64,000 bases of DNA from an uncultured Candidatus Poseidoniales archaeon (lineage in GTDB: Archaea > Thermoplasmatota > Poseidoniia > Poseidoniales > Poseidoniaceae): contig CAZGJD010000005.1 in the NCBI GenBank assembly GCA_964526385.1, positions 38,989 through 102,988 on the forward strand. Direction: 5' to 3'. The notes under the pieces were generated by a model. That model was not told the origin of the DNA. It searched no databases and saw only the letters and a list, made by a program, of their open reading frames with translations. Made by a program: the position numbers and the translations under genes. How positions within the stretch are numbered: the first letter of the stretch is position 1; every line of letters begins with the position of its first letter. Positions 28,001 through 35,682 of this stretch are shown in pieces.

Positions 28001-30024
28001 AAGGTTGGTCAGAAGGCGAGCCGATTAAATCGATAGAGAAGGGGACATATGACGTACTCGAACTATGGATTAACGTCTCCATCCGTTCTATTGGAAACAT
28101 CGTCTTCGAAATATTCGATACGAGTGAAATGGTACTTCCTTCTCCGAGTTCAGGGGCTCCATCGTGTGCAACATACGATATCGGTGTAATCAAGAACTAT
28201 GAAGCAGGATATTTGGTATTCCAAACTCCGGGCGCGCCAGAAGCGAAACCAGACGAAGTTGACATCAATACGTGGAGACAAGATCACTGGACCGTTGAGT
28301 TAGACTTCTCTAATGCGCCGGGTCCAAGAGATGCAAACGATCCAAATAGTCCAAGATTATGGCCTGTGGGAACGACGTACAATGTTGGCGTTTCAGTATG
28401 TGCCCCAGTGAATGCGAATGCTGGTTTGGGTCCAGCGGTAACCGTGAAGGCTTACCTCGAAGGATACCCAAGAGTGGCTGACTCTGTAACATTATCAACT
28501 AACGTAGTTCACGTGTTCTCGTTACATACAGAAGCAGAATACACAGAAATTCAAACCAACCCCGGAGAATCATGGGCTATTCCAACTACCGTGACCAACA
28601 CAGGAAACGGACCAGACAGATATGATATGAGGCTCGGTAGAGTTACAGATTCAAAGGGAATCGATGTCTTGTGGGACGTAACCGTACCTCGAAGTATCTT
28701 GACTGAACTTTCAAGGGACACATCACAAACAGTGGACATTACCATCAATGTGCCAACACAAGTCCCTGCAGGCGATTACACAGTAGTCATACAAACATTC
28801 AGCGAAGAAGACTATCCTGATGCGAATGGACACAGGACAAGACTGCGTGGCGAAATCGTGTTTACTATCACTGTAAATGAGTTCTATGACATGCAAATTA
28901 CAATGGATCCAAGCGTTGATAACGATGTTAAGACTACTGCCCCAGGAAAGATAGTCGAGTTTGTTGTGAACATCACAAACGCAGGAAACGTTCCAGACAC
29001 TCCATCTCTACACAACCACACATCGGTGAAGGACGGCTCAACAGGAGCACTAATCTGGAACACTCTCCCAGGAATGGGGGCTCTAAGTGGCTGGAAGGTT
29101 GAGTGGAAAATGATCAACTATGTCGGAAGCGATTTAGTCGTTGAAACAGAATGTGTCGAGATGAAGCCTACCGATACTGAATTCCCTGACGATGTCTGTA
29201 TTCACATCCCAGAAACCAACGAATGGAGACTACCAGAAATGTTACCATACACAACTCACACAATGTCTGCGACAATACACATCGCAACAGGAGCTAAGTT
29301 GGAAACCCGACCAATTGGATTGAAGGTAACCAGTATGGCAGGAGGCATGGATGACGGTGGAGACCACGATGACAGCCCAGAATGGGCAGGAGAATTATTG
29401 GACACCAACGAAAAGATTGTCACACTAAGACTAAGGGCTCCAAACCTCGTAATTTCAGAGGTTTCAGTTTCTGAAACAAGCAATGACGTAGATAAGACAA
29501 TACCAGTAAGAGTTGTTCTACAAAACACTGGAAACGTTCACGCAACGAACATCGAAATTGTGCTTTGTGAATTCAGTGAAGCTGATGATGAAGTAATCAG
29601 TGACGTAAGGAAGAACGGTTGTCCAGAAGATAGCATTGTAATGAGGCAAACAGTCGGAGCTTTACTTGCTCCAGATGCTTCAGAGGAAGCTAACGAAGTT
29701 GAACTATACCTACTATACCCTGTTTCAGCAGGTTCACATGATGTGTTAGTGGTTGTAGATCCATCTAACTCAATTGTTGAAGTTACAGAATCTGACAACA
29801 TTAAGAAAATTGGAGATGAACTCACAAGCAATTCACCGTTCCTCGATGTTGCTGGCGAAGTCGTAAGCACATGGGCACTACCATTTGGTGTCCTAATGCT
29901 AACCTTCTCTCTATTCGGAGTGCTTTACTTGGTAGGAAAGGGCCGACGCTCTGAAGTTAAGGGAAGACTTGCTGAACAGAGCAGCTTAATTTCAGTTCTA
30001 CAAGATGACAAGTCAGATGCTTGA
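25009..30024 (+). CDS. Giant cell-surface protein (1671 aa): signal peptide, beta-propeller-like repeats with an inserted vWA domain, multiple CARDB/NEW3-like Ig-fold domains, C-terminal TM anchor
   Basis: The N-terminal signal is MKSVSLALIMLLSTLTGIMMAAPAAA. A strand motif recurs at least 7 times (GNVHVVWSR, IVHIVWAD, GNVHIVWQD, VQIAWDD, NTHIAWMD, NVHIAWLD, AHIAWSD). VFVVDTSGSM is a DxSxS vWA MIDAS motif at about 25756. Repeats of the type ITNTGNVHDTY, VTNTGNGPDRY, ITNAGNVPDT and LQNTGNVHATN are typical of CARDB-like domains. The TM helix LPFGVLMLTFSLFGVLYLV is followed by a basic tail. Confidence 0.8.
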   Translation: MEQKMKSVSLALIMLLSTLTGIMMAAPAAATQVVITEAIQVVDGGGSSDRMAAVAADSEGNVHVVWSRSNQHLFYSMISPRGETLIDATQVTNSGLHKINHPDMTIDDNDIVHIVWADHSGQHKIMYTALRPFATAMDGSSALDGDLSAIDDYIVAQHINDRDWPAIDVDSQGNVHIVWQDNYDELDMYFQQPQIYYKMLQPDYSIQNAVVLFDDTLLTPIIGHKGHPDIVIDANDMVQIAWDDTRGGKVELVFVVDTSGSMYSEWADVCTVIYGGNFASGGFFKGIKPMLEEGNMTVFETIYGLNNLPGAASQGNCASHNQNSGPRNTPLGIIPGDDSGGLRTLPNTVYNGASYSGYSGEDWGPGTNWACLSWKDTIGNVPGNPPTSSDHRWNPNATKIVLPVSDEGPKDGDPSTGADDTASIQEAHDNCVNAGVIPVGLYGQTYGGAQTVQSHMKDLAQCPNGVVSTNPRNCPGTSTRSTDAGGQTYEFPSGTGGASQMQLLVEAMVYISTNNSREIFMTVLDPYGKMNNDQQWTPGQPGHKVVGNGYQEDTGRGSEGHLVVVNDTRVTIDDAFSFHPSIAVDLQGNTHIAWMDGRDYGFEKNVPYEIYYTKLRLQGAGEWDGVPQGLSTYQIKRIDDTPISTVEGWQQMPQGSSQNSAYPALLTDPQNNVHIAWLDFGNASASEEIRYTRLNATENTGPGETALDAWNSTPVTSWKSFKLGPNQLSKPTLGQPPAFANDLGSGAHIAWSDTNKCSDETNGGPWTICYSHVLTGQVDIEFDDGETYYHVIEPGEQTIYNMTINNTTPGPKDLVADTYNLNITGVPENWTANIYFSNNHTAIFEDTPIFLEGGEMARFYLRVKAPSIYQADEDQLAEITVSAISNKDPAIRSDRATLTLMDVVHGIDLDTSHRMADVEQGQTAIFSITITNTGNVHDTYAFYDPNGLEGRQEWLLPFGWQVTFPMQVALDPGQSVTKNLEIAVPTEQDPGTFVVYVKGWSEGEPIKSIEKGTYDVLELWINVSIRSIGNIVFEIFDTSEMVLPSPSSGAPSCATYDIGVIKNYEAGYLVFQTPGAPEAKPDEVDINTWRQDHWTVELDFSNAPGPRDANDPNSPRLWPVGTTYNVGVSVCAPVNANAGLGPAVTVKAYLEGYPRVADSVTLSTNVVHVFSLHTEAEYTEIQTNPGESWAIPTTVTNTGNGPDRYDMRLGRVTDSKGIDVLWDVTVPRSILTELSRDTSQTVDITINVPTQVPAGDYTVVIQTFSEEDYPDANGHRTRLRGEIVFTITVNEFYDMQITMDPSVDNDVKTTAPGKIVEFVVNITNAGNVPDTPSLHNHTSVKDGSTGALIWNTLPGMGALSGWKVEWKMINYVGSDLVVETECVEMKPTDTEFPDDVCIHIPETNEWRLPEMLPYTTHTMSATIHIATGAKLETRPIGLKVTSMAGGMDDGGDHDDSPEWAGELLDTNEKIVTLRLRAPNLVISEVSVSETSNDVDKTIPVRVVLQNTGNVHATNIEIVLCEFSEADDEVISDVRKNGCPEDSIVMRQTVGALLAPDASEEANEVELYLLYPVSAGSHDVLVVVDPSNSIVEVTESDNIKKIGDELTSNSPFLDVAGEVVSTWALPFGVLMLTFSLFGVLYLVGKGRRSEVKGRLAEQSSLISVLQDDKSDA

Positions 30025-30031
30025 ATCTGAA

Positions 30032-30787
30032 TCAATCTTCGGAATCAATTCCAAGAGATGCCCACCAGGGCAATTCAGTAGTTTGCGAAGCTGAGATAAA
30101 TTGCCCAGAACGTTCAGCCATGTGCCTGACCATTCTGATTCGTAAGTCATCTAGCAGTTTTTCTGATGCTTCAGCACCAAGATTTAGTTCGCTTGCAAAA
30201 CTCTTGAAATTGAAATTGGATGCAGGGGATTCTAGTATATTGTGAATCATCAATCTTTGTTCGTATGAGTCAAAATCAGAATCAACCGTTGTAGACACTC
30301 GCTGTTTGATTTGTTGGTGGAGTGAAACTAAAGCATCTCTTTCTTTGTCTAACTTCTCTATACTCTCTGAGATTTTTGACAAATGATAAGCGCCTTCCCC
30401 TACACTTATCCGCTTCCTACCGCTTACCATCTCTGCGACAGCGTTCATCTCATTAGGCAGTTTACGGGATAATTTTAGTGGGCCTCCGGAAGGAAGTTTT
30501 CTCTGGGTACATTGGAACAAATCAGGGCCTAAATCAATTCTTATCGAGATCGATTCCTGAACAGAATAGATGTTTTTAGGAGGGCCACCTTTGTTGCTGG
30601 CTACTTGGTACCTCACAACAAATCCCTTATTCTCTAAAAATTTTAGATGTTTCATCACGGCCTGTTGAGAGATGCCTATCTGATTTGCAATTTGTAATGG
30701 ATAATGTGGTTCTCTCACTAACCGTTCCAATATGTCTCTACGTGCTTTGTTTTGAAAGACTGAAAGTGCGTCGTCTATATCGACCAT
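30032..30787 (-). CDS. ArsR-type winged-helix transcriptional regulator with a long helical C-terminal extension
   Basis: ARRDILERLVREPHYPLQIANQIGISQQAVMKHLKFLENKGFV is an ArsR/SmtB-type wHTH. About 170 further residues contain a coiled-coil-like segment. Start at the Met at 30787. Confidence 0.6.
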   Translation of the reverse strand: MVDIDDALSVFQNKARRDILERLVREPHYPLQIANQIGISQQAVMKHLKFLENKGFVVRYQVASNKGGPPKNIYSVQESISIRIDLGPDLFQCTQRKLPSGGPLKLSRKLPNEMNAVAEMVSGRKRISVGEGAYHLSKISESIEKLDKERDALVSLHQQIKQRVSTTVDSDFDSYEQRLMIHNILESPASNFNFKSFASELNLGAEASEKLLDDLRIRMVRHMAERSGQFISASQTTELPWWASLGIDSED

Positions 30788-30847
30788 AACTTCACAACCC
30801 AAGGTTACCTAATGATAGGTTACCTATGAACCTCACTATGGGATAAT

Positions 30848-31711
30848 TCAACCTTCATCCCAATTTTTCCATGAATCATCTGCGGGGAGGCTCTCGGGCG
30901 TGTAAGAGCTCGCCTTGTTAATTGAGCCTCCAGTTGCAGATTTTTTTGGTGTAGCAACTCTCGTGTCAGTATCTGAAAATGGTGACGGGACATCCGGAGT
31001 AACCGGCTGGTCATTGGGCAACTCTCCCCTCACCAACTTGTACAGGTCATCTGTGGTCAACATGTCTTGAGGTGTCTCCATCAATCCTTCATTATATTGT
31101 TCAGTGGTAATCGTAAGTGGGTCTTGAATCAACTGTACTGTTTGTTGTTGGCCTCTGTTGATTACGTTGATTAGCCAGCCGATCGGGATTAAGATTAATC
31201 CAGTCAAGCAAAATGTGCAAGTAATCAAGAAAGATTCGTCGGTAATCATGTCGAATACCACTTCATCACCATTTACGAAATACAATTCATTCTCGCAACC
31301 CCCCTGCTCTTCGCAGTTTATTGTAATGCTAACTTCTGATTTGGAATCAACATCAAGTTTCGAAATTACTGAAAAATCGGCATCGGACGCTTGTGCGGTA
31401 TAGTCCGTGTTACACTTTGTTGAGATTTCATCCCCGATAGTCCCATCTTCGACATAGTTGAATTCTACCTGATAATCACTACTATCTCCTTCAACTAGAA
31501 CAACCCAACATCCGCTTTCTAGCGTAAATGAATTGATTTCTCCTCGCTCAGCAGTATGCTCAGAAACTATTCTAGGGTCGTAATAATCAGTGAACCCAGA
31601 CATTGTGGTAAAAACCGAAATAATTCCAATCGTTACGAATACAAACCCTGCAATCATGATCCGCATTGGCCATGGAGACGGGCTCTTTGCGGATTCCATG
31701 TTAATAGCCAT
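30848..31711 (-). CDS. Hypothetical membrane protein (two TM helices flanking an extracytoplasmic Cys-containing domain)
   Basis: TM helices are at about residues 15-40 and 165-185. The C-terminal tail is rich in P, T and D. Confidence 0.45.
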   Translation of the reverse strand: MAINMESAKSPSPWPMRIMIAGFVFVTIGIISVFTTMSGFTDYYDPRIVSEHTAERGEINSFTLESGCWVVLVEGDSSDYQVEFNYVEDGTIGDEISTKCNTDYTAQASDADFSVISKLDVDSKSEVSITINCEEQGGCENELYFVNGDEVVFDMITDESFLITCTFCLTGLILIPIGWLINVINRGQQQTVQLIQDPLTITTEQYNEGLMETPQDMLTTDDLYKLVRGELPNDQPVTPDVPSPFSDTDTRVATPKKSATGGSINKASSYTPESLPADDSWKNWDEG

Positions 31712-31741
31712 TCATCAATCCGATTTGAATCAAACGCAATC

Positions 31742-32836
31742 TTACAGTCCTAACTCACCTAATTTTTCTGGTAAATAAGTGTCGGTCACGAAATCTAAAC
31801 CATACTTGGCGAGTGATTGCTGTTCAGCCTTTTTGCCTAAATCTAACATCATTTTGATCTGGTCTTGCCACCAACCATCTGCAAATCGTGGGTCTGACAA
31901 TTCAGCCTTGAGGGCCTCCTCATCTTTCTTCGAGAGATCATCGGAGGGTAGGTCATAAGCTACAATATCGTCAGCGGTTATACCTAGATATGTAGAAGTA
32001 GGGGTGGCTAAGTATTCAGAAATGTGTGCGGTTTTAATCGCACCGTATGCAATAGAAGCAAAAATTCTGAAAGACCAAGGATCACCGTCGAGAAATACTA
32101 CGACAGGTAAATCCCATTCTTCGCTCATTCTCTTCATTATTCTTCTTGTAGAGCGAGCAGGCTGGCCTTTCAGGTGCACCAAGGCGCATTTGTAATCTTC
32201 GTCAAATCCATTTTCAACCAATCTGTCAAACATACCACCGGTTTCAATCGCCATGATGAAATTAACATCGTGCTCTTTCAGCTCTATCTTTTCTATCTCG
32301 ACATTGTATGGGACGCCATAACCAGAATCGCCAACGTCATCTCTAGCATTGATTGTCATCCACTGCCCCCTTCTGTTCAATTCATTCACGGTAACATTTC
32401 CAATTATTCTGGCCCCATCCTCTTCAGGCCTGAGCTTGAAATCTTCTCTGAGGCAAGTAGTAACCACTTCCAAATCTTCAGCAAGATTGTTTGATTCGTT
32501 TTGACTTCCAAATTTACCAAGACCCCACGCTTCAGAAATGTAGTACATTTCTCTTAAGGTAGATGATTTTCCAGTCTCAATCATCTCCTCGATAAATTCC
32601 ACAATATGCAACGCCCTCAACAAATTCTTTGCAGAACCCAAACTTGTTGCATCTCTTGTGGATTTATTCTTTCCGTATTTGTACACACCTAATTTCTTAT
32701 CAAATCCTATGTTGTTCTTTGTTCGAACAGGCAAAGTCATGGTGGGGGGTTCCCCTTTGACGATTTTATCATACATTTCTTCTACAACAAGATGCAGCCT
32801 TTGCTTTGTCAATTCTGGGTCGTTTACTCTTGCCAT
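31742..32836 (-). CDS. top6A: DNA topoisomerase VI subunit A (Spo11-like)
   Basis: The Toprim region reads FIMAIETGGMF....VVVFLDGDPWSFRI. The size and position downstream of top6B fit. The ATG at 32836 overlaps the top6B stop as TGATG. Confidence 0.85.
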   Translation of the reverse strand: MARVNDPELTKQRLHLVVEEMYDKIVKGEPPTMTLPVRTKNNIGFDKKLGVYKYGKNKSTRDATSLGSAKNLLRALHIVEFIEEMIETGKSSTLREMYYISEAWGLGKFGSQNESNNLAEDLEVVTTCLREDFKLRPEEDGARIIGNVTVNELNRRGQWMTINARDDVGDSGYGVPYNVEIEKIELKEHDVNFIMAIETGGMFDRLVENGFDEDYKCALVHLKGQPARSTRRIMKRMSEEWDLPVVVFLDGDPWSFRIFASIAYGAIKTAHISEYLATPTSTYLGITADDIVAYDLPSDDLSKKDEEALKAELSDPRFADGWWQDQIKMMLDLGKKAEQQSLAKYGLDFVTDTYLPEKLGELGL

Positions 32837-34905
32837 CACGCATCACCTCCAAAGAGAGTTGTTTGTTTTGAAACGGAGGATGAAGAACTATCATCTACAT
32901 TTTCCTCAATTTTTACTGACGTTTCTTCTGAATCTTCTTCTTCATCATCTTCAGTTTCTGATAACGCCAATTCCTGACTCCTGATTTCCTTAAGCATCTT
33001 TTCATCAAGTTTTGTAGCACCTATCACGTCTTGTGTACCTCTGAAGAATACGTCAGTCTCAGTCCAATCGCCTTTCTCAAGATTGGATAAAGAATACTCA
33101 ATAACGGCCTTTTCACCTGGCTCTAGGGTCTCTAATTTCCATCCCCAAATTCCCATTGCTTCCTTTCTTCCGCCCCTTTCGTTTCCAACCATCTCCGAGT
33201 TTTCTTTTTCTGGCCAGTTAACCAGTAACGAGTAGCTCCGAGCTCTTGAGGTATAATTGAATAAGGTAATTTTCACATCGACCATTTTGCTTTCTTTATT
33301 CCAAGCAGTTGTCTCATTACAAATCACTGCGCTCATAATTTTTGTAATCGAACCAGATAGGTCTGGTACGGGCCTCTCTAGAATAGATGCTGATTTTTCA
33401 GCAATTGCGGGAAGAATATCATTGATTAGTTCGAATTTCTCTCTGGTTTTGGCCATCTTTTTCTTCTTTTCGAGGTGCTTTCTCAAACCTCTTCCCAATT
33501 CAAGCATCGCTTTCCTTGTCTCTTCAAAGACAAATCCATTATCGGCTAAAGCCTCTTTTGCTTCTGAGGTAAACTGTACATTCGTACTAGCTAAATGGAC
33601 AAGAATTGCGGCCGGGCCTTTTGGTACCCCTTTTCCACCGGCTTGTTCTAGACCATACTGCCTCCAGTCAACACTCTCAATCGCTTTTGTCAAAAGACAA
33701 CCACCCTGTTGATACATTAGAGGGACTCTGTTTGCAAATCTAAGAACTTCAACGTGTTTGTCTGAAGGTAAATCTTGACCAAATATTAGTCCGACTTCAA
33801 CTTGAAATGGATTGCCATGACTTACGGTGGGAGCCCTCGTCATCGTTGCAATGAACTTAGAATCAATAGTTTTGGACAATCCTTTCTTGATCAGCATTTC
33901 CTCTATTGGTGATAGACAGTTAGTCGGTGGAGACAGTAACTTGATCGGCTTCCCACCGAGCATTCTCTCGCCCTGAAATGTTTCCAATAATGCTCTAACA
34001 TCATCAGGTTTCAGGGTTGCAGGCTTCTTTGATACTTCTAACTCAGCAGCCTCACAAAGGTCCTTCGCTGCTCGCATTGAAACTCCTGAAAAATTCTGTC
34101 TAAGGAAAACAGTCATTCTAGAATCCTTTGATTCGCGACACATCCTTTGAAGTTGGCCGAGTTCTATACCGTGCGGATGTGGCTTGATTGCGTCTACCTT
34201 GCGCGGGAGTCTTTCAGTTACCCTTGGCCAATGATGTACTTCTCCATCGGGGTCAATAAATGTAATATCAGCATGCGGATTAACAATACTCGTCATTCGT
34301 AAATATTGGTATACAGACTGTTTCCCTCGTTGGTATTTACCCTTCATTCTTGTTGTAACTTTCAGCCCGTGTTCTTTCGGTAGTCCATCGTGTGCAATCC
34401 AAATTTCGCGGTCTTGGTCGGATTTTACGGCTTTGTTACGCCGAGTATCCAATCCTATTTTTACCGTAACCGCAGTATTTTCATTTGCGATTTTTGATAG
34501 TACATGAGTTGGTTTACCTGTAGTGAGTTGAGCGTACATAACAACTCCAGTAATTCCGATTCCCTGTTGTCCTCTACTTTGCCTAATCGCGTGGAATCTA
34601 GACCCGAATAAGAGTTGACCGAACACCTTCTCTATACTCTTTTGTGGAATTCCCGGGCCATTATCTTCAGTAATCAATTCGAGAATATCTCTCTTACTGT
34701 TCACTTTGTTAACTTGAACCCGAATTTCTGGAAGAATTCGCGCTTCTTCACATGCGTCAAGTGAATTGTCAACAGCTTCCTTAACTGCAGTTATTATAGA
34801 CCTTTGAAGTGAATCAAAACCGAGGAAATGTTTGTTTTTCTCAAAGAATTCTGATATTGCAATTTGCTTTTGGTTACTTGCCATTTTATCTGCTATACCA
34901 GCCAT
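32836..34905 (-). CDS. top6B: DNA topoisomerase VI subunit B (GHKL ATPase), with a C-terminal extension
   Basis: ISEFFEKNKHFLGFD, the Bergerat-fold motifs AVKEAVDNSLDA, EDNGPGIP and GQQGIG are present. An acidic/serine-rich tail follows (ETEDDEEEDSEE...DDSSSSS). Confidence 0.9.
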   Translation of the reverse strand: MAGIADKMASNQKQIAISEFFEKNKHFLGFDSLQRSIITAVKEAVDNSLDACEEARILPEIRVQVNKVNSKRDILELITEDNGPGIPQKSIEKVFGQLLFGSRFHAIRQSRGQQGIGITGVVMYAQLTTGKPTHVLSKIANENTAVTVKIGLDTRRNKAVKSDQDREIWIAHDGLPKEHGLKVTTRMKGKYQRGKQSVYQYLRMTSIVNPHADITFIDPDGEVHHWPRVTERLPRKVDAIKPHPHGIELGQLQRMCRESKDSRMTVFLRQNFSGVSMRAAKDLCEAAELEVSKKPATLKPDDVRALLETFQGERMLGGKPIKLLSPPTNCLSPIEEMLIKKGLSKTIDSKFIATMTRAPTVSHGNPFQVEVGLIFGQDLPSDKHVEVLRFANRVPLMYQQGGCLLTKAIESVDWRQYGLEQAGGKGVPKGPAAILVHLASTNVQFTSEAKEALADNGFVFEETRKAMLELGRGLRKHLEKKKKMAKTREKFELINDILPAIAEKSASILERPVPDLSGSITKIMSAVICNETTAWNKESKMVDVKITLFNYTSRARSYSLLVNWPEKENSEMVGNERGGRKEAMGIWGWKLETLEPGEKAVIEYSLSNLEKGDWTETDVFFRGTQDVIGATKLDEKMLKEIRSQELALSETEDDEEEDSEETSVKIEENVDDSSSSSVSKQTTLFGGDA

Positions 34906-34995
34906 TTTATCACAACCTAAGGTCCTCCTCCGTCCTAATGACGTTGGGCCTCGAGCATGGTTAGGCCGATGGCCGAGGTTATTGAATAATGGCGT

Positions 34996-35682
34996 TCATT
35001 CACTTCCCATAAGGTCAATATTAGACATGGTTAGGTTCCTCAAATAATAGATAATCCAAATTGTCAGAAGTAAAGATAGAGATAATGACGCCCAATATGT
35101 CCAATCTCTGGACCCTTCTATCGCGCCGGCAATGTCAGAAGATTTCGAACCCCAATAGGCATACAACAGTCCGGGAACAATCATTCCAGAGGAGCCAAGA
35201 AAGTAGTCTTTCCACTTCACATCAGTCACGCCGTAGCCATAATTCAAAAATGGATATGGAATCACCAGACTAATTCTAGTAAGGAATACGCACTTGAAGC
35301 CATTTTCTTTTACAGATTTTTGAATGCCCATGATTACTGGACTATTTTCTGTTTTTTTCTTAACGACGTGATGCAAATATTTTCTAGTAATCCAAAACGG
35401 TAAGATTGCTCCTAAAATCGCCCCAACGAATGCTACTATACATCCCATCCAGAATCCGAAAAGAACTCCCGAAACGAATTTGTGAAAACTCGCCGGAGCA
35501 ACAAGTAAGGCTAATATTACATATATTATTAACCAAAGAAAGATTCCAAGAATTCCATTTTCAGGAAACCATTCCGCCATTTCAATCAGGGGAGATAGTA
35601 GGGTTTCTGTCAAAGTTATTGAAACAGCAATTCCTAAGATCACTCCTATGATGCTCAACCAAGCAATCATCCTGTTCGACAT
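34996..35682 (-). CDS. TVP38/TMEM64 (DedA/SNARE-associated) family membrane protein
   Basis: A multi-TM protein with LTRISLVIPYPFLNYGYGVTDV, which resembles the conserved family motif. The ATG at 35682 overlaps the upstream gene's stop as TGATG. Confidence 0.55.
   Translation of the reverse strand: MSNRMIAWLSIIGVILGIAVSITLTETLLSPLIEMAEWFPENGILGIFLWLIIYVILALLVAPASFHKFVSGVLFGFWMGCIVAFVGAILGAILPFWITRKYLHHVVKKKTENSPVIMGIQKSVKENGFKCVFLTRISLVIPYPFLNYGYGVTDVKWKDYFLGSSGMIVPGLLYAYWGSKSSDIAGAIEGSRDWTYWASLSLSLLLTIWIIYYLRNLTMSNIDLMGSE

Noticed and set aside
29860-29950. C-terminal LPFGVLML... helix of the giant protein as a PGF-CTERM/archaeosortase signal.
   Set aside because: The motif is PFG rather than PGF, and the helix is followed by a hydrophilic tail of about 35 aa, which is not typical of PGF-CTERM sorting signals.
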